Assembly: GCA_030704615.1 (NCBI GenBank)
Contig: CM060733.1
Location: 45,136,001-45,200,000 of the forward strand
DNA length: 64,000 nucleotides
Source of the DNA: Takakia lepidozioides
Lineage: Eukaryota; Plantae; Bryophyta
Direction of reading: 5' to 3'
Positions 38,001 to 51,525 of the stretch are shown here, piece after piece. Within the stretch, counting starts at the first letter, position 1, and each line of letters begins with the position of its first letter. The notes beneath the pieces are model-generated. The model had not been told where the DNA came from. It saw only the letters and a list, made by a program, of their open reading frames with translations, and made no database searches. The position numbers and the translations under genes are program-made.

Positions 38001-41000
38001 GGCAACACAATTCACCGCACCCGTAATGACTGATGAGTAGAGAGAGGCATTGGATCCAAATCCAATGGTGTTGAAGAGCACAGGGGCGTAGAACATGATA
38101 GCATTGATTCCTGTCATCTGCTGGAAGAATGGGATTGCTATAGCCATCACCAGTTGTGGACGGTTTCGTTTCTGAAGTATGTTGCGAAAAGGGTGTTCTA
38201 CCTGCAGACCAATTAATTCCTGAGAGGGTCAGATACATCATAGAGAAGAATCTGCAGAAGGATAAGATTTACCTCATTTTACTGAAATCAATGGCACAGC
38301 ATAGGAGTCCTATGTGCCTGCTTCTCATTGACCTGTTCATGGTACTTCTGCTCAAAGAAAGTTGAGAGAGATAGAAATTTCCAATGATCAATTAAATTTT
38401 CAGATAGTTCTCTGCCAAGTCTTTGGTCCAGAGGCAGCATACTGGGAGGGTGCAACCAGGGTTTCTGCCTTACTACAGGCTGACTGGAGTACAAATTACA
38501 CACCCATTAGTTGAAGCCCTTGTTCAATGTTGCCTTCTAGCTATCAAACTAAGAGTCCTCGTACAGTGGCAGAGGTATTATCACTTACGGTGCAACAAAT
38601 TGTGTGATACCGAGACACAGGTGACCATGGGCATGGGCCTGGCCTTGGGATTCAAAACTTGAGGTGTATCAAACAACCAAATCTGACATTGGCATTGACA
38701 TTAGCCTGCAAACCACTACCCTGGGCATCTTCACTCAAAGGTAAAAAATCCAGCAAGCTACAGATATCCATTGACAAACCACTTCAGCATTAGAAAATCA
38801 GTAGCATCCTCACCTGGTTTGCAGCTGCACTAGCCTCTTGCATGTCCTCAAATTCTGCGGTCACATTGTCGACACCACGAATCTTCACAAGAGTAGCACG
38901 CCCTTTCTCCAGATGCCCCCGTTCAATCAGGCTGTTGGGCGTCTCCGGACAGAAAAGACCCCCAAGTGTAAGACAGATGGCAGGTACAGCAGCCCCTCCA
39001 AGAGAGAGACGCCAACCCCATGGTTGAAGCTTACTAGTGCCATAGTTGATAATATTAGCACAAAGAATGCCAATAGTTGTGGCAAGCTGAAACATGATGT
39101 TGAGCCCTCCACGCATGTTTGCAGGGGCCATCTCCGACAAGTAGAGAGGCACAGCCTGCCCCACAGACATCAATTACCCATCAAACACCTAATATGATAT
39201 TGAGATCTCCCTGCTGCTTTACAGATTTTTGAGTATGCCAAATTTCACATCGTACTTTGGTGCTCAGCATGGACAAACAACTCCAAGAATGAAACCAAGA
39301 TGGAGAGTCATACAGAAAGCTGGCAGACCACAGAAAGCCAAAATTGATGGTGGTGTTTGATGCAACCAGGGAAGAGGATTGGGAAATAATGCCAAAAGCA
39401 GAACAACTCTAAAATGCATGGAATTCAACTTTTCAATCCATTTCACAGCATAAATTATCAGACCTGGTTGCCACACCCAACTCCGACACCAAGCAGGATT
39501 CGGCCTATGATGAGCATAGCCAAGTCTTGGGCGGCCGCATTCAGAATAGCACCACAAAGGAAGCTCAGGCCCCCAATAAGCATAGTGATCTTGCGGCCCA
39601 GAATGCGTGTCGTGTAGGAGGCACCAAAGCTGGCCACCAAACCCGCAAGATAGAGAGAAGACGTGAAGAGTTGCAGGCCTTGGTTGTCATACTTGCAGTA
39701 GTCAGTCTCAGTTGCCCTCAGCTTCTTGCGGTATACAGCAGGAAAAAACTTTTGCAGGAAGTCACTCATAGACGTCACCCCCCCTGACAGCACATTCCAA
39801 TCCACCGGTTAGTGCGCAGCACAAGACGCAGCAGACTGTCTATACACATTCATGCTCAAACTGAATTGTCTCGAACGAACGGAGTGGCGGATTGCTCAGA
39901 CGCTCGCATGAAGACAAATTGGTCTTCTGAGCACTGGGAGGTGGCAAGCCATGCATCGGCTGCCCCAGCTGAGTAAGGGAGACAAACCTCTGCGAAGGCA
40001 GAAAAGAAACTATAGATGTAAAGCTGCCAAGCCAACCACACTCATATTCGCACTCAAGCAACATAAGCTAGAGCCATTTTCAGATTATGAGTCAGTCGTG
40101 TTGCGAAAGGCTTCTTTAGCCCAAATCCCCCAGACAATGCTCACATGAAAGTGCCCCCTCCCCCGGCTCCGTATCTCTCCGTCGCCAATCCACGAAAGGG
40201 AAGGTATTGCCCCCCAAGATATGACAAGTAACGGATCTCTCTCTATGCCCAAAATCCTCTGAGAGTGGTGTGCTCAGTGGAACAATTTCCCAAAACGCCC
40301 TTTGCCGTGATGGCTAACAACTCCTGAGCTAAAACTAGCTTCCTGTAGAAAACTCTACCAACCTTTGGTCTCCTCAGTCTACCCAGAAAAGAGAAGGAAA
40401 CATGGCGATGGTGAGGAATGGAGTAGTGACATACCCGAAATACCAATATCATAGCCAAAGATGAGACCGCCACTGGCGGCCACAACACAGGCCAGGGCCA
40501 CATACACTGTCATGCGTCCTTCATACTGCCGCTTCGGTCCCACTGCTATTATATGACCCCCCGCCATCTCTTCCCCTTCCTGCCCCTCTCTCTCGAGTCT
40601 CTACGCGACCTAAGCCTCTCCGTCAGAATTTTCTTAGGAATCTCTGTCCATGATCTCTCTTTCTCAGTGATCAAGACCGCCCTCCCGCTGTCAATGTACT
40701 GTCTTCCTTAAATAATGTACATGCCAACAAGTTCTCTCTCTCTTCCCGAAGAACGGCCTCCACAAGTCTCTCTCCCCGAGGAACGGTCTCCGCAGTCTCT
40801 CAGCCCGAGGAATAGCAACCTCCCAGTTGAGCTCCTCTCCCTTCAGCTGACGACAACTCTGAGTTGGGAGGGCCGGAGGTTAGATAGTGAAGAGAGAGAC
40901 TCGGGCAGCCAGGCGACAAAGTGGTGTGATCTGCGATCTAACTTGAACAGACGCGCACGAGAGGGAGACAGACAGCGCAGTACATGCTCAGCAAAGCCCA

Positions 41001-41370
41001 AATAAGTAATACTCACCACCCCACTGCCCCCTTACTTATATTTTCTCCACCTTTATCTGCTGCCCAATGGACCCACGTCTCTGCCCCAAAAATACTCCAA
41101 TTTCTCTTCAGGGAGAGAGGGCCACTCATGAGGACCGGAAGTCCACTGACCCTCCACCGAGGCCTGCCATAGATAGCGTTGCGTATTCCCTACCGGACTT
41201 TTGTGCACCTTATCTCAATGTTACATCATCATTCATCAACAAACGTGGGCGGAGGGAGAGCACATCTACAAGTCAGTTTGACTGAGTGGAAAGGCAGTGG
41301 CTTGTGATGGGTAAGGCCGGACAAACACTAGATCCGAAGTTAGTCAAAGAGTGAGACTGTAGGACTCTAC
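35006..41370. repeat. Segmental duplication unit B
   Basis: Collinear with about 8228-16360. Confidence 0.9.
36864..40567 (-). CDS. STP: Sugar transport protein (STP/MST family), copy B, 515 aa
   Basis: Exons 40567-40435, 39783-39464, 39155-38814, 38201-37917 and 37331-36864, the same sizes as copy A, with canonical motifs intact. Confidence 0.96.
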
Positions 41371-41623
41371 TTGTTGTGAGTTACATCATTTGTGCGCACC
41401 AATGTGAAATTTGTATCACTCTAAGTATCACCATCCCTTCATTTCATTCCTTAATACACGTGGCCTTATTAGATTAGTCTCCCTTTTTAATTTCCTGGAC
41501 CACTCTATAAACAGGGCCCACCCAAACTTGGGGGGCTTATTTTACGCATTTGTACAGTCACCCCACTTGGGGTTTTTATAAAGCTTTGCGGCGGTTTGAT
41601 GTGGAAATTTGTAAAAGGAACTA

Positions 41624-42163
41624 CCGTCCCTGGACAACTGTTTAGGCATTTTTGTGCCTAATAATAAATTCAATCGATCAGCAAATTAGGCACGTTTTGA
41701 AAACCATTTCTCACATTAGGCATCTTCGTGCTATAATGTTTTAGAATTAGGCACATGAGAAGAGAAAACATTTATTTTCTTAAGAATAAAATTACAAATA
41801 GTCCATGGGCCCTTCCAGGTTCCAGCTACCTTTCATTTCCTTTGAAACCCTAATATGATGACATTGTGGAGTCCATGCAAGGGCCTTTCGAAGTTACATG
41901 AAGCTCTCGCAAATAGATTGCGATTTGTAAGGAAGTTATTTTCGCACGTATATATTTGTATTGATTTTTGTTCAATGAAATTTTGATTTTATTGCAAACA
42001 ACATGAGAAGAGGCTTGCAAGTTTTTTGCTGGGAATTTTTGGGCATTAGGCACTTTGGTCCCATAGTTTTCGAACAATTAAGCTAAAATCTGAAAATTTC
42101 ACAGAATTGGTTAGGCACTTTCATTTTGAATTAAATATCGCCTGAATGGTTGTCCAGGGATGG
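41624..42163. mobile_element. Tc1/mariner-type MITE, copy 1
   Basis: ~24-bp TIR CCGTCCCTGGACAACTGTTTAGGC vs reverse complement CCATCCCTGGACAACCATTCAGGC, flanked by TA on both sides; homologous to 49836-50553. Confidence 0.85.
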
Positions 42164-42509
42164 TATGACAAACTTGTGGGCCGACATATCTAACATATTT
42201 ACATGTAAGAACTTAATGGACGCGTACGATTTGACAGTACTTTCACCAGATTCTCGCAACCTGGGCTCCTGGGCCCAGTCAAATCCTCCCCACCCTCTCT
42301 TACCTCGGTATCATTATTAGAGAGAGAGAGAGAGAAGACTCCGGCCAAAGCCAGGTAACTAAGAGCCACTTCGCCTTACGTATCACTATTAAATACTTCA
42401 GAATCCAAATGGGTTGCAAGCTGCGGTGGGTGTGATAGCATTGCAGGGGGCGAGTTTGTGGGTTTGATTCTCAATGGGAGGTTCTTATTTCAAGATCAAA
42501 GTGTGGATT

Positions 42510-42635
42510 ACACCGAGTGGAGTTACACTCTATTTTGTGTAACCCCGAGTGGAGTTACACACCTCGTCCTGTAACCAGTAACCCCAAGTGGAGTTACCCT
42601 TTTAACCCAGTATAACCCCGACTAGAGTTTACTCT
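42510..42635. repeat. Short tandem repeats of accccgagtggagttac (4 copies)
   Basis: Copies at about 42511, 42542, 42581 and 42614. Confidence 0.7.
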
Positions 42636-42909
42636 CCTTCAGTTCCATGTCACTTTGAAGGGAGGGCGGGGAAGATTTGACATGCCGGATGCTGGCGTAC
42701 TATCATGTCAGAGTTTGCACGTGTGCATACATGATTTCTATTATTTTCCATTTACATGTCACATTGACAATGTGCAAAGCTCAATAATTTTTTTTAAAAA
42801 AAAACAAGTAGGTATAGGGAACTATGAGAAATTTGTGGGCCGACATATATGGCATATTTAGACTTCACATTGACAATGTGGAAAGCTCAATAAATTTATT
42901 TGAATAAGA

Positions 42910-44035
42910 AAAAAAAAAAAAAAAAAAAAACAAGCGGCTTGTCATTCAGCCCTGTTTTTTTCATTTCCTGCCTTGGCATGTATGTGTGGCGAAATAAATT
43001 TATTTGAAGAAGAAAAAGAAAAAAACAAGCGGCTTGTCATTCAGCCCTTATTTTTTTCATTTCTGCCTTGGCATGTATGTGGCGAAATAAATTTATTTGA
43101 AAAAGAAAAAGAAAAAAACAAGCAGCTTGTCATCAGCCTTGTTTTTCATTTCTGCCTTGGCATATATGTGGCGAAATGAATATATTTTAAAAATAAAAAA
43201 AAATCAAGCGGCTTGTCATCAGCCCTCATTTCTGCCTTGGCATGTATGTGGCGAAATAAATTTATTTGAAAAAGAAAAAGAAAAAAACAAGCAGCTTGTC
43301 ATCAGCCTTGTTTTTCATTTCTGCCTTGGCATGTATGTGGCGAAATGAATATATTTTAAAAATTAAAAAAATCAAGCGGCTTGTCATCAGCCCTTTTTTT
43401 TTCATTAAAGATGGCCAGAGCTCTAAACAGATGCACTGAAGGGTCCCCTCTACAATCCAGGCTCCCCCATTTGGAAGGCGAGGAAAGATTTGGATCATGC
43501 AAAAAGAAATTGAACACTCTTCCAGGGTCAGATGGAGATTCCCATCGGCCAGACAGGGTCAATTTCTCTGTGCCAAAGGTGTCTCCACTGCAGACTGAGT
43601 CGTGTGCCCTCCCCTTCCCAGGTGGGTCCTCCTCCAGTGGAGCAGGTGTAGAACATACAAGCACAGCAGCGGGAATCCCATTGGAGGAGGTGGTGGCCAT
43701 GGTGCAAGAATCCGATTGCATTGATAGTGAGTGGCATATAGAACGCACCCCTGCCTTGGCATGTATGTGGCGAAATAAATTTATTTGAAAAAGAAAAAGA
43801 AAAAAACAAGCAGCTTGTCATCAGCCTTGTTTTTCATTTCTGCCTTGGCATGTATGTGGCGAAATGAATATATTTTAAAAATTAAAAAAAAATCAAGCGG
43901 CTTGTCATCAGACCTTTTTTTTTCATTTCTGCCTTGGCATGTATGTGGCGAAATAAATTTATTTGAAAAAGAAAAAGAAAAAAACAAGCAGCTTGTCATC
44001 AGCCTTTTTTTTCATTTCTGCCTTGGCATGTATGC
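42910..44035. repeat. AT-rich tandem array (~65-76-bp monomers, alternating variants) interrupted by a unique insert
   Basis: tgccttggcatgtatgtggcgaaat recurs about 9 times; unrelated insert at about 43410-43750. Confidence 0.92.
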
Positions 44036-46721
44036 GGTTTGCAGGCGGAAAGGGTGGGTTCCCCATGTGCTTTCTGGCACCAGCTCGCCGGGCCCCACCC
44101 CGTTTGGGCGATATTTTTTTATTTTTGCCCCTTTTTTTTGTATAGGGGTGTCATGGGTCCACATTTTTTTTGAGATTTAGGCCTTTTTCCACCTAAAAAG
44201 GAGGGGCTGCTTGTCATGGGGTATCAGGAACTACAATACATGGGCCATGGCAAACTTGTCGGCCGACATATGTAGCATATTTAGATGTCACATTGACAAT
44301 ATGGCAAGCAATCAGCTTGTCATGTGATAAGGAATCAATATATTCAGTGAGACGTTTGTTTTGTTTTGTCACGTTGAGTTGTCCCAAACCGGGAGGCCCC
44401 ACCCTTGGTGCTTGGTATTATTGGAAAGCCCTCGACGAGGAGGGGTGCACGGGCTTGGTCTCAGAATTTTTGGACCTGCGGTGGAATTTCAAGTACTTTT
44501 GGTCGCTGGAAATTCACAAAAAATATCAAAGTGACTTTCCTGGGACAATGATTGGAGCCTCAACAAGAGAGATATCAAGGAAAAGGTCTCTCGTTCAAAT
44601 CTGTTCATAGGCTTTGTGGAAAAAAAAAGATTAGATGTGGCTTGCTTATTGATGCACTTGGACTTAGATGACGACGAGGAGGGGTGCACAGGGAGGGGTG
44701 CACGGCTTGGTTCTTAGATAACATTGGACACTTCGGCCAACGGCATATGCTACCCTAGTAAGGAACTAAGGAACTAAGGAACTATTGACAAACTTGTGGG
44801 CCGACATGTCTAGCATATTTAGACGTCACATTGACAATGTGGAAAGTTCAATAATCTATTTTATTTTTTAAAGAAAGCAAGCGGCTTGTCACCTTTAAAA
44901 AGAAAAAGGGGGACAGTGGCCCTTTCATTTTTTATTAAAGCTAGGAAAAAATAACCTTGCGAAAGCCATGAAGGTTGAAGAGGGAGAGACAGCTCCGTGA
45001 CCGAGTTTAGAATATAAGGAATGAAGCTAAAAAAGACCTAGTATCTCCGTCTCTTGCGTTTTGGTGGATCAAAAGAGAGCTGAGCTTTAGACTTCCTTTT
45101 CTAAGGCTACGGCGATGCCGCCAACTTACTTCAGATTCGTCACCCTCAGCAGGGGAGCATCTGGCACCGAGAGATCTCCCAGCATGTAGGGATGGAGTCG
45201 TGTCATTCCACTCTTGAATCTGGAAGGCGCCTGCATAAGACGTTTCCTTTTTCCCATGAGTTGAGCCTGCCTCCTATTTCCACATCTTTGAAGAGCTGCA
45301 CGGATTACACACCACGATTTTCTTGCTTTAGACATTAACCCCTAAGCGTCAAAACGACCCAACTTGGGTCGGTAGGGTTTAGAAAACAGGCTGGTTATCC
45401 CTGAGGTTAAGCCTGATGTGGGCCCACATAGGCTCATGTGGCATTTCCCAATTGGACATATGTCCTGGAAATTGCCACGTGGAGAGCGTAGAGTCCGCCA
45501 CACTCGTGATTTTGAGGCCACTTTTAACCTGCCCCTGGGGATGACGTGACAACTAGGGTCAGGTTAGGGTGAAATTCCATGCACCCCCCCAATGGCGGGG
45601 TGGCACGTCTCCCAACACCCTTTATTGCGCCACTTACCCCCTAAATGGCACCAGCAGCCGACCTGCCTCGGAGATCTCCATGCCTAATCCCTAAGCTGGA
45701 ATTAATGGCGATGGTAGCTCCGGGCGTGGTTTGGTGTAAAACCTGTTGTTGTTTGGGGGAGGAGACTCAATTGATGCGCAGCTCGAGAGAGCTGCCTGGA
45801 GATGCTTCTTCCACATTTCTTATTATCGCATTGATGCCCGAACCTGGGTGGGGGCGGACATGCCTTGGAGGGGTGGAGGCCTAATCAATTTAGGGACGGG
45901 TAGGATGAGGCACCCCCTAAAACCCTCCACAAGAGAGGGCTACTGGCCAAAAATTATAGGCCCACATAGGTGCAATTGCAAGTCTCTTGGGCAGGGGGTA
46001 AAAAGACCTAGTAAGAGACTCAGATTGGCCCGAAATGTTTTTTGGGGCAAAGCCATACCCACCCACAACATTTCCACCGGAGCGATTGCCAAATGAACGG
46101 CTCAAAAGTTTTCCTCAATTTTCTGAACAAACATTTTTTTCCTGCCCGAAGGAAAACCCCAAATTTGACCCCCCATTTTTAGCAAACAAAGCAGCCCACC
46201 TGAGATTATGTCAGAAAAAGATGAAATTTGCAGGGAAGGTGTCTTATATGACAGGGGACCAGATTCTGGAGAGTGTCATGTCAGACCAGTTCGCAGATGG
46301 GAAATTCGATAGAAAAAGCACTTTTTTCCCTATTTACTTTATGTTTGTTTGTTTTTTGCACCACTTTAGACATTATATTCTTTGGATCTGCTGGTTGGAT
46401 TTAGACAGGGATTTTCGTGGTCGTAGGTGGGGTAGTTGAGAGTATATTCCAACGGTTAGTTTTACAGAGCCTTAGTAAATCTCAAGATATAAATGTTTTA
46501 GAGGGCCAGGGTCCAGTTTTTGAGGTCTTGGCAAAAATTGGCCCTTGTCCTTTAGGGGTTAAGTCTGAGTGAACCTTAAAAATCATCCTTGTAACATCTG
46601 GCCTTCCATATTTGCCAAAGGGCGTGCCCGGAGAAGAGTATCCCAAGGGCATGTAATACTTTGATTTAAAAAAACCTTCTCCAGAGGAACAAGGCGTGAG
46701 GTCGGAGGCCCTTTATTGATT

Positions 46722-46998
46722 TAACATGTGCCCAACTGGGAACTAAAAACTTTCATGTTCCCATCAAGTCTCATGGAACAACTCATGATATAAGGTTAAG
46801 GGCACTTTGGCCAACTTGATGCGTCGTCCCTACCCTGTCTGGCAGGGCCAATAAAGAAATGAGTGTAACATGTGCCCAACTGGGAACTAAAAACTTTCGT
46901 GTTCCCATTAAGTCTCATGGGAACAACCCATGATATAAGCTTAAGGGCAATTTGGCCAACTTGATGCGTAGTCCCGACCCTGTCGGGCAGGGACAACA
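46722..46998. repeat. Tandem duplication (~144-bp period)
   Basis: taacatgtgcccaactgggaactaaaaacttt... at 46722 and 46866. Confidence 0.9.
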
Positions 46999-49817
46999 AA
47001 ATGCATGTCTGGTGAACTAAACCACAGAAATATACATGTATATGCTGCTAGTGCGGCATGTACTCAACAATAAAAGAGGCCTTCAGCTATTTTCCATGAA
47101 TTTCCAGTGACAAAAAAACTTATGGTGTTGATCGGGGTTGTGCTTCTTGGATAGGTTAATGATGTATTCTGATAGTGTAATCAGTACCACTAGTTCTTTC
47201 TCTCCATCTGAGAGGTGGGGTTCCTGGCATCACTGATTACACTGCCTCATGGTGTATAGGGGTTTTAATTTTTTTCCCCACAATTTATAATAAAGTTAAT
47301 CAGGGCCACTGTCCCCTGTTCTTTAATAATTAAAAATAAATAAAGAAAAAAACTTGAGATTCAATATCTGTCTCACATTGCAGGTTCGAAAATTTTGAAA
47401 CCGTCTATGCACCCGTACTTACTGAGGGCTTTCCGGCGGTATCAAGAACCCGGGCAGAGGCCTTGCGATTTGGGAGATCTCAACCAGTACTGATCTCAAC
47501 CTACATACTTATTACAAAATTAAAAAGACACTACCTTGCTTAATGTGTTGATAGGCAAATCCAAAAAAACAAAAAAAACAAAAAAAAACCAGTTGAGCAT
47601 TAAATAGAATTTGCTGTCGCATGTGTAGTACCAGCCATGGCGTCATTCCTTTGCTTCTCTTCTCTACCCTATGTAGAGAAGGATCATGATAGAAAAAATT
47701 GTATAGATAAGCTTTGAACACAGGGGTTCAGGAGGTACTCTCACCCTCTTTTTTCTTCCTTCAAAGAAAGGGAAACAAGGCCCTTTTCATCAAATTAACA
47801 TGGAAAAATATCTGGCTTCATGGCCGCGTAAGGGTGGTTTTATTTTTATTTTTTATTTTTTACTGAACAGGGGGATTGTAGCCCTGATTAACTTTTTCTT
47901 TCTTTCTTAAGAGTGTCCCTTAAGGCCAATTGCTGGGAGTAAATAAAATAAACCCCTACTGAAGGCGTTGATGGCCTATACAGAGGATTTCATCCCTTCA
48001 TTGCTGCCCATGTAGGTATCCTTTGCATGAATACCTATACATTTACACATTTATACATTTACCTGGGCAGAATATACACGGGATATACAGGTCGCCAACC
48101 ACTCACGCTACTTTTATAAAATGGTTAAAAAAAACAGTGCAGTGTAACAATAAGGGCACAGTGTTCAAGTCTGTGGGGAAGTTTTTGTCAACACTTGTCA
48201 GTTCGCCGGAAAACATTCGTCGGTGTGCGAGAATCATTCGTCGGTGTGTGTTGTGCTGAATCACTGTGCCAGTTCAGAACTATCGCACGCTACAAATACG
48301 GTGGGCAGCCGGAAATGGCAAGTGTCGGCGCGAAATTTCAACAGTGACTGCGGCGGGCAGGTCACGCGCTGCCCGCAAGGCACGCCACCAAAACTCCACG
48401 TCCCCCACCGCCGGCCCTGTTCACACGGAGGGATCTTGGGGGTGTCTGGGAAGGCTGTCTGAACGTCTCAACTCGCCATGCGGCCCGCCCCCCGCCTTTG
48501 ACGAGCGGATACGAGTCTAACTTAGTCTCTGTGACGGCGGAGCAGAGCGATAAGGATCACCCAAGCTTTGCTTGCTATACTCATCGTGGAATGAATGGAC
48601 TTTTGCTGCCTACATGTGGGTCCGCTGTTAGTCACTGTAACTGGTTGTTGGGATCAGACCTCTTGCAGAACAAGAGTACTACTTAGCAGTTGAAGATGGA
48701 AAAGATCAGGTGGTGGCGGCCGGTTTCAGCTGTGTGTGCACTGTGCGCATGTTGACGTGGGGGATGTGGCATTGTCTCGATAGAATTTGAGCTCCGGCGA
48801 TTGTGGTCCCTTAGGATCTGTGTTTTGTCCCAATGAGACAGCAGCAGTATCGTAGGGCAGAGAGGTTGTGTAAGTAGTAGGTTCGCTTGAGCTTGTATAA
48901 TTGGTTGTGGATAATCATGTGAATGAGCCATTTAGCGTGTACGGGAATCCCGTTGACCGACTCGGGCACACTACAATTCTACACGTTTCACGGGCGTTTC
49001 ATGAATTCGCCAGGAGAAGGGCCCACTCCCTGCGCTTTACATAGACTTTGCAATCAGAGTGTGTAAAGGTGGCATAAGCAAACAAATAACCAAATGCTCT
49101 ATGTTATTAGCCATCCACTCAACTCTCACACGGTGTCAGAATTCCACGGCTGGGCCCCACTGTTTCCCCACAGTCTCGCAGTGTGATTAGGCAAGTGGTA
49201 GGAATCCTATTTGCGTTGTCAATAGGGCAACGTCGGGAATGCAATCCAGGATGTTGTGAAGCGTCGACAACATTAAGTTGGAAAGCAGGTCCGTTCCGTG
49301 CAATTCTTTGCTGCTACATTTCGAAAGGCTGTCGGCAAACCCATCCTGGCATCCTGCGAGAAACGCTAAAGATGGACAATCACAACTTACAAGGAGAAAA
49401 ATGATCTTCAAATAAGCAATGCATACCTGTGCCGATTCATTGTCTGAGTGTTTGATTGGCCAGAGAACACTTGCCAAGAGAGGTTAACGCACCATGAAAA
49501 CAGTAGATCCGCTGGAGTCTCAGCCTGTTCCAGGCTTGCCCACCGTAGGACTGGATACCCACCTAGCATGGCCAGCCAATGAGAAAATAAAACGCTCAAT
49601 ATCCACCATTGCATCTCCCGGACGGAACACACTAGACATAGAATGCGAGTTGAATGCGGTAGGTTCGCCGGGGGTTGCCGGAGCTGGGACGCCCTCGGCG
49701 GGTCCCGCAGTCAAATCCCCACCCCCGCGCCGTTATTGCCTGTATTATAGTACAAAAGATCTGAGGGCTTGGTGGCTGGATGCTTTACTATTAACGTGGG
49801 GGGTGCCGGGTTGAAAC

Positions 49818-51117
49818 CAGTGTTGGGCGGATATACCGTCCCTGGATAACCGTTTAGGCATTTTTGCGCCTAATAATAAAATCAATCAATCAGAAAATTA
49901 GGCATGTTTTGAAAATAATTTCTCAAATTAGGCATCTTCATGCTATAATTTTTTAGAATTAGGCACATGCGAAGAGAAAACGTTTATTTTCTTAAGAATA
50001 AAATTACAAAAAAGACACCCAATGCCCATGGGCCCTTCGGGGCTCTAGCTACCTTTCATTTCATATGAAACCCTAAAAATGCCCTTCTTTGTTGTACGCG
50101 GTGCTCCAAGGCCTCCAAGGCTCAAGCTGGTACTTAGAGCTCTCCCTTCGCTCTCACACTTTAGGTGAGTTCAATACTGATAGTCCACACTAGTGTAGGC
50201 ACGCTGGTGCAGGGCTTTGGTACATTGGTCATTGGGTACACTGGTTTTCATATTGGTATGTTGGTGGATGCTGAAACCTCTTACATAATGGTACTCTTGA
50301 GTTGTGGTAGGCAAGTAGGCTAGTTATTTCCGCACGTATATATTTGTATTGAGTTTTGTTCAAAGAAATTTTGTTATTATTAATATAAATAACTTGAGAA
50401 GAGGCTTGCAAGTTTTCTGGTGGACTTTTTGGGCATTAGGCACTTTGGTCGCATAATTTCCCAACAATTAGGCCAAAATCTGATAAATTCCCAGAATTGA
50501 TTAGGCACTTTCATTTTGAATTAATTATTGCCTAAACGGTTGTCTAGGGACGGTAGAGTCATCAGGATATCAATAGTAGCATATCAACCCGGATATCAAT
50601 GTATCCGGATCCGGACCCGACAACTATTTGATATCCGGCGGATACATAAAACGGAGGATCCGGATAGGATCCTACCCGCCGGATATAAAAAGGTTTAATA
50701 ACCAGATTGTATCCGGATATGTAGCCAAAATACCGGATCTCAACCGGATACAAGAAAATAAAATAAAAAAAATTAATATTATTAAATTTTTAATAATTTA
50801 AATTGATTAAAAATTTATAAAAAAAATTGTGAGTAAATCTCAATAAAGTTAAATCAGGGTTACAATCCCCCTGTTTTAATAAATAAATAAATAAAATTGC
50901 ATGATTATTTGTATCCGGATTACTCTATAACTTGGATTACTCTATCCGGACTTATTTATATCCGGCAGATATTTAAAAACTTCCACTATGCATAACCGGT
51001 GGATATTAGAAATGCAAATTATTCTAATATTTGGATCCGCAGGATATATCATTCTCTAATTTGTCAAGTATCAGGACCCGGCGGATATTAAAAAAAACTA
51101 GGAACCGCCCAACACTA
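49818..51117. mobile_element. Non-autonomous hAT-type element carrying a nested MITE
   Basis: TIR (C/T)AGTGTTGGGCGG, 8-bp TSD gttgaaac at 49810-17 and 51118-25, and many subterminal atccgg/ccggat repeats. Confidence 0.88.
49836..50553. mobile_element. Tc1/mariner-type MITE, copy 2 (nested)
   Basis: TIR CCGTCCCT(G/A)GA(T/C)AACCGTTTAGGCA with TA on both sides. Confidence 0.87.
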
Positions 51118-51239
51118 GTTGAAACCTCGCCCATGGCGCGATGGAAATCGGATGTTTAAGGATTTGATTGAGGTACCATTTGATTTTTGCATCTCCAAAA
51201 CTTCCAAGTCCCTCAAGCGGATCTCTGCTCCTTGTTCCC

Positions 51240-51525
51240 AATCATTGCTCCCATGTTCCCACATACATACCGTTCCTTTGTTCTCCTTGCTCCCCCGTGT
51301 CCGCCGCTCCTACTCCCGGCTCCTTTGTGCTATAGCTCCCATGTTTTACTACTTCACCGCCTCAGTAACAGGGGAGCGGAGGAGCGGGGAGCAATAACAG
51401 GGAGCGGGGCTATTGCTCCCATGTTTCCATGTTTTACTGCTTCGCCGCTCCAATAACAGGGTAGCGGAGGAGCGGGGAGCAATAACAAGGGAGTGGGGAG
51501 CCGCAGGTGGGAACATGGAGCATGG
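51240..51525. repeat. GC-rich direct and inverted repeat cluster
   Basis: gctcccatgtt x3; gcggaggagcggggagcaataaca x2; complementary ttgctcccc..ccgctcc blocks. Confidence 0.6.

Noticed and set aside
42910-44035. Possible CRISPR-like array and Lys/Phe-rich ORFs
   Set aside because: The inter-repeat sequences are themselves repeated, the context is eukaryotic and there are no cas genes; the ORFs are low-complexity artefacts.
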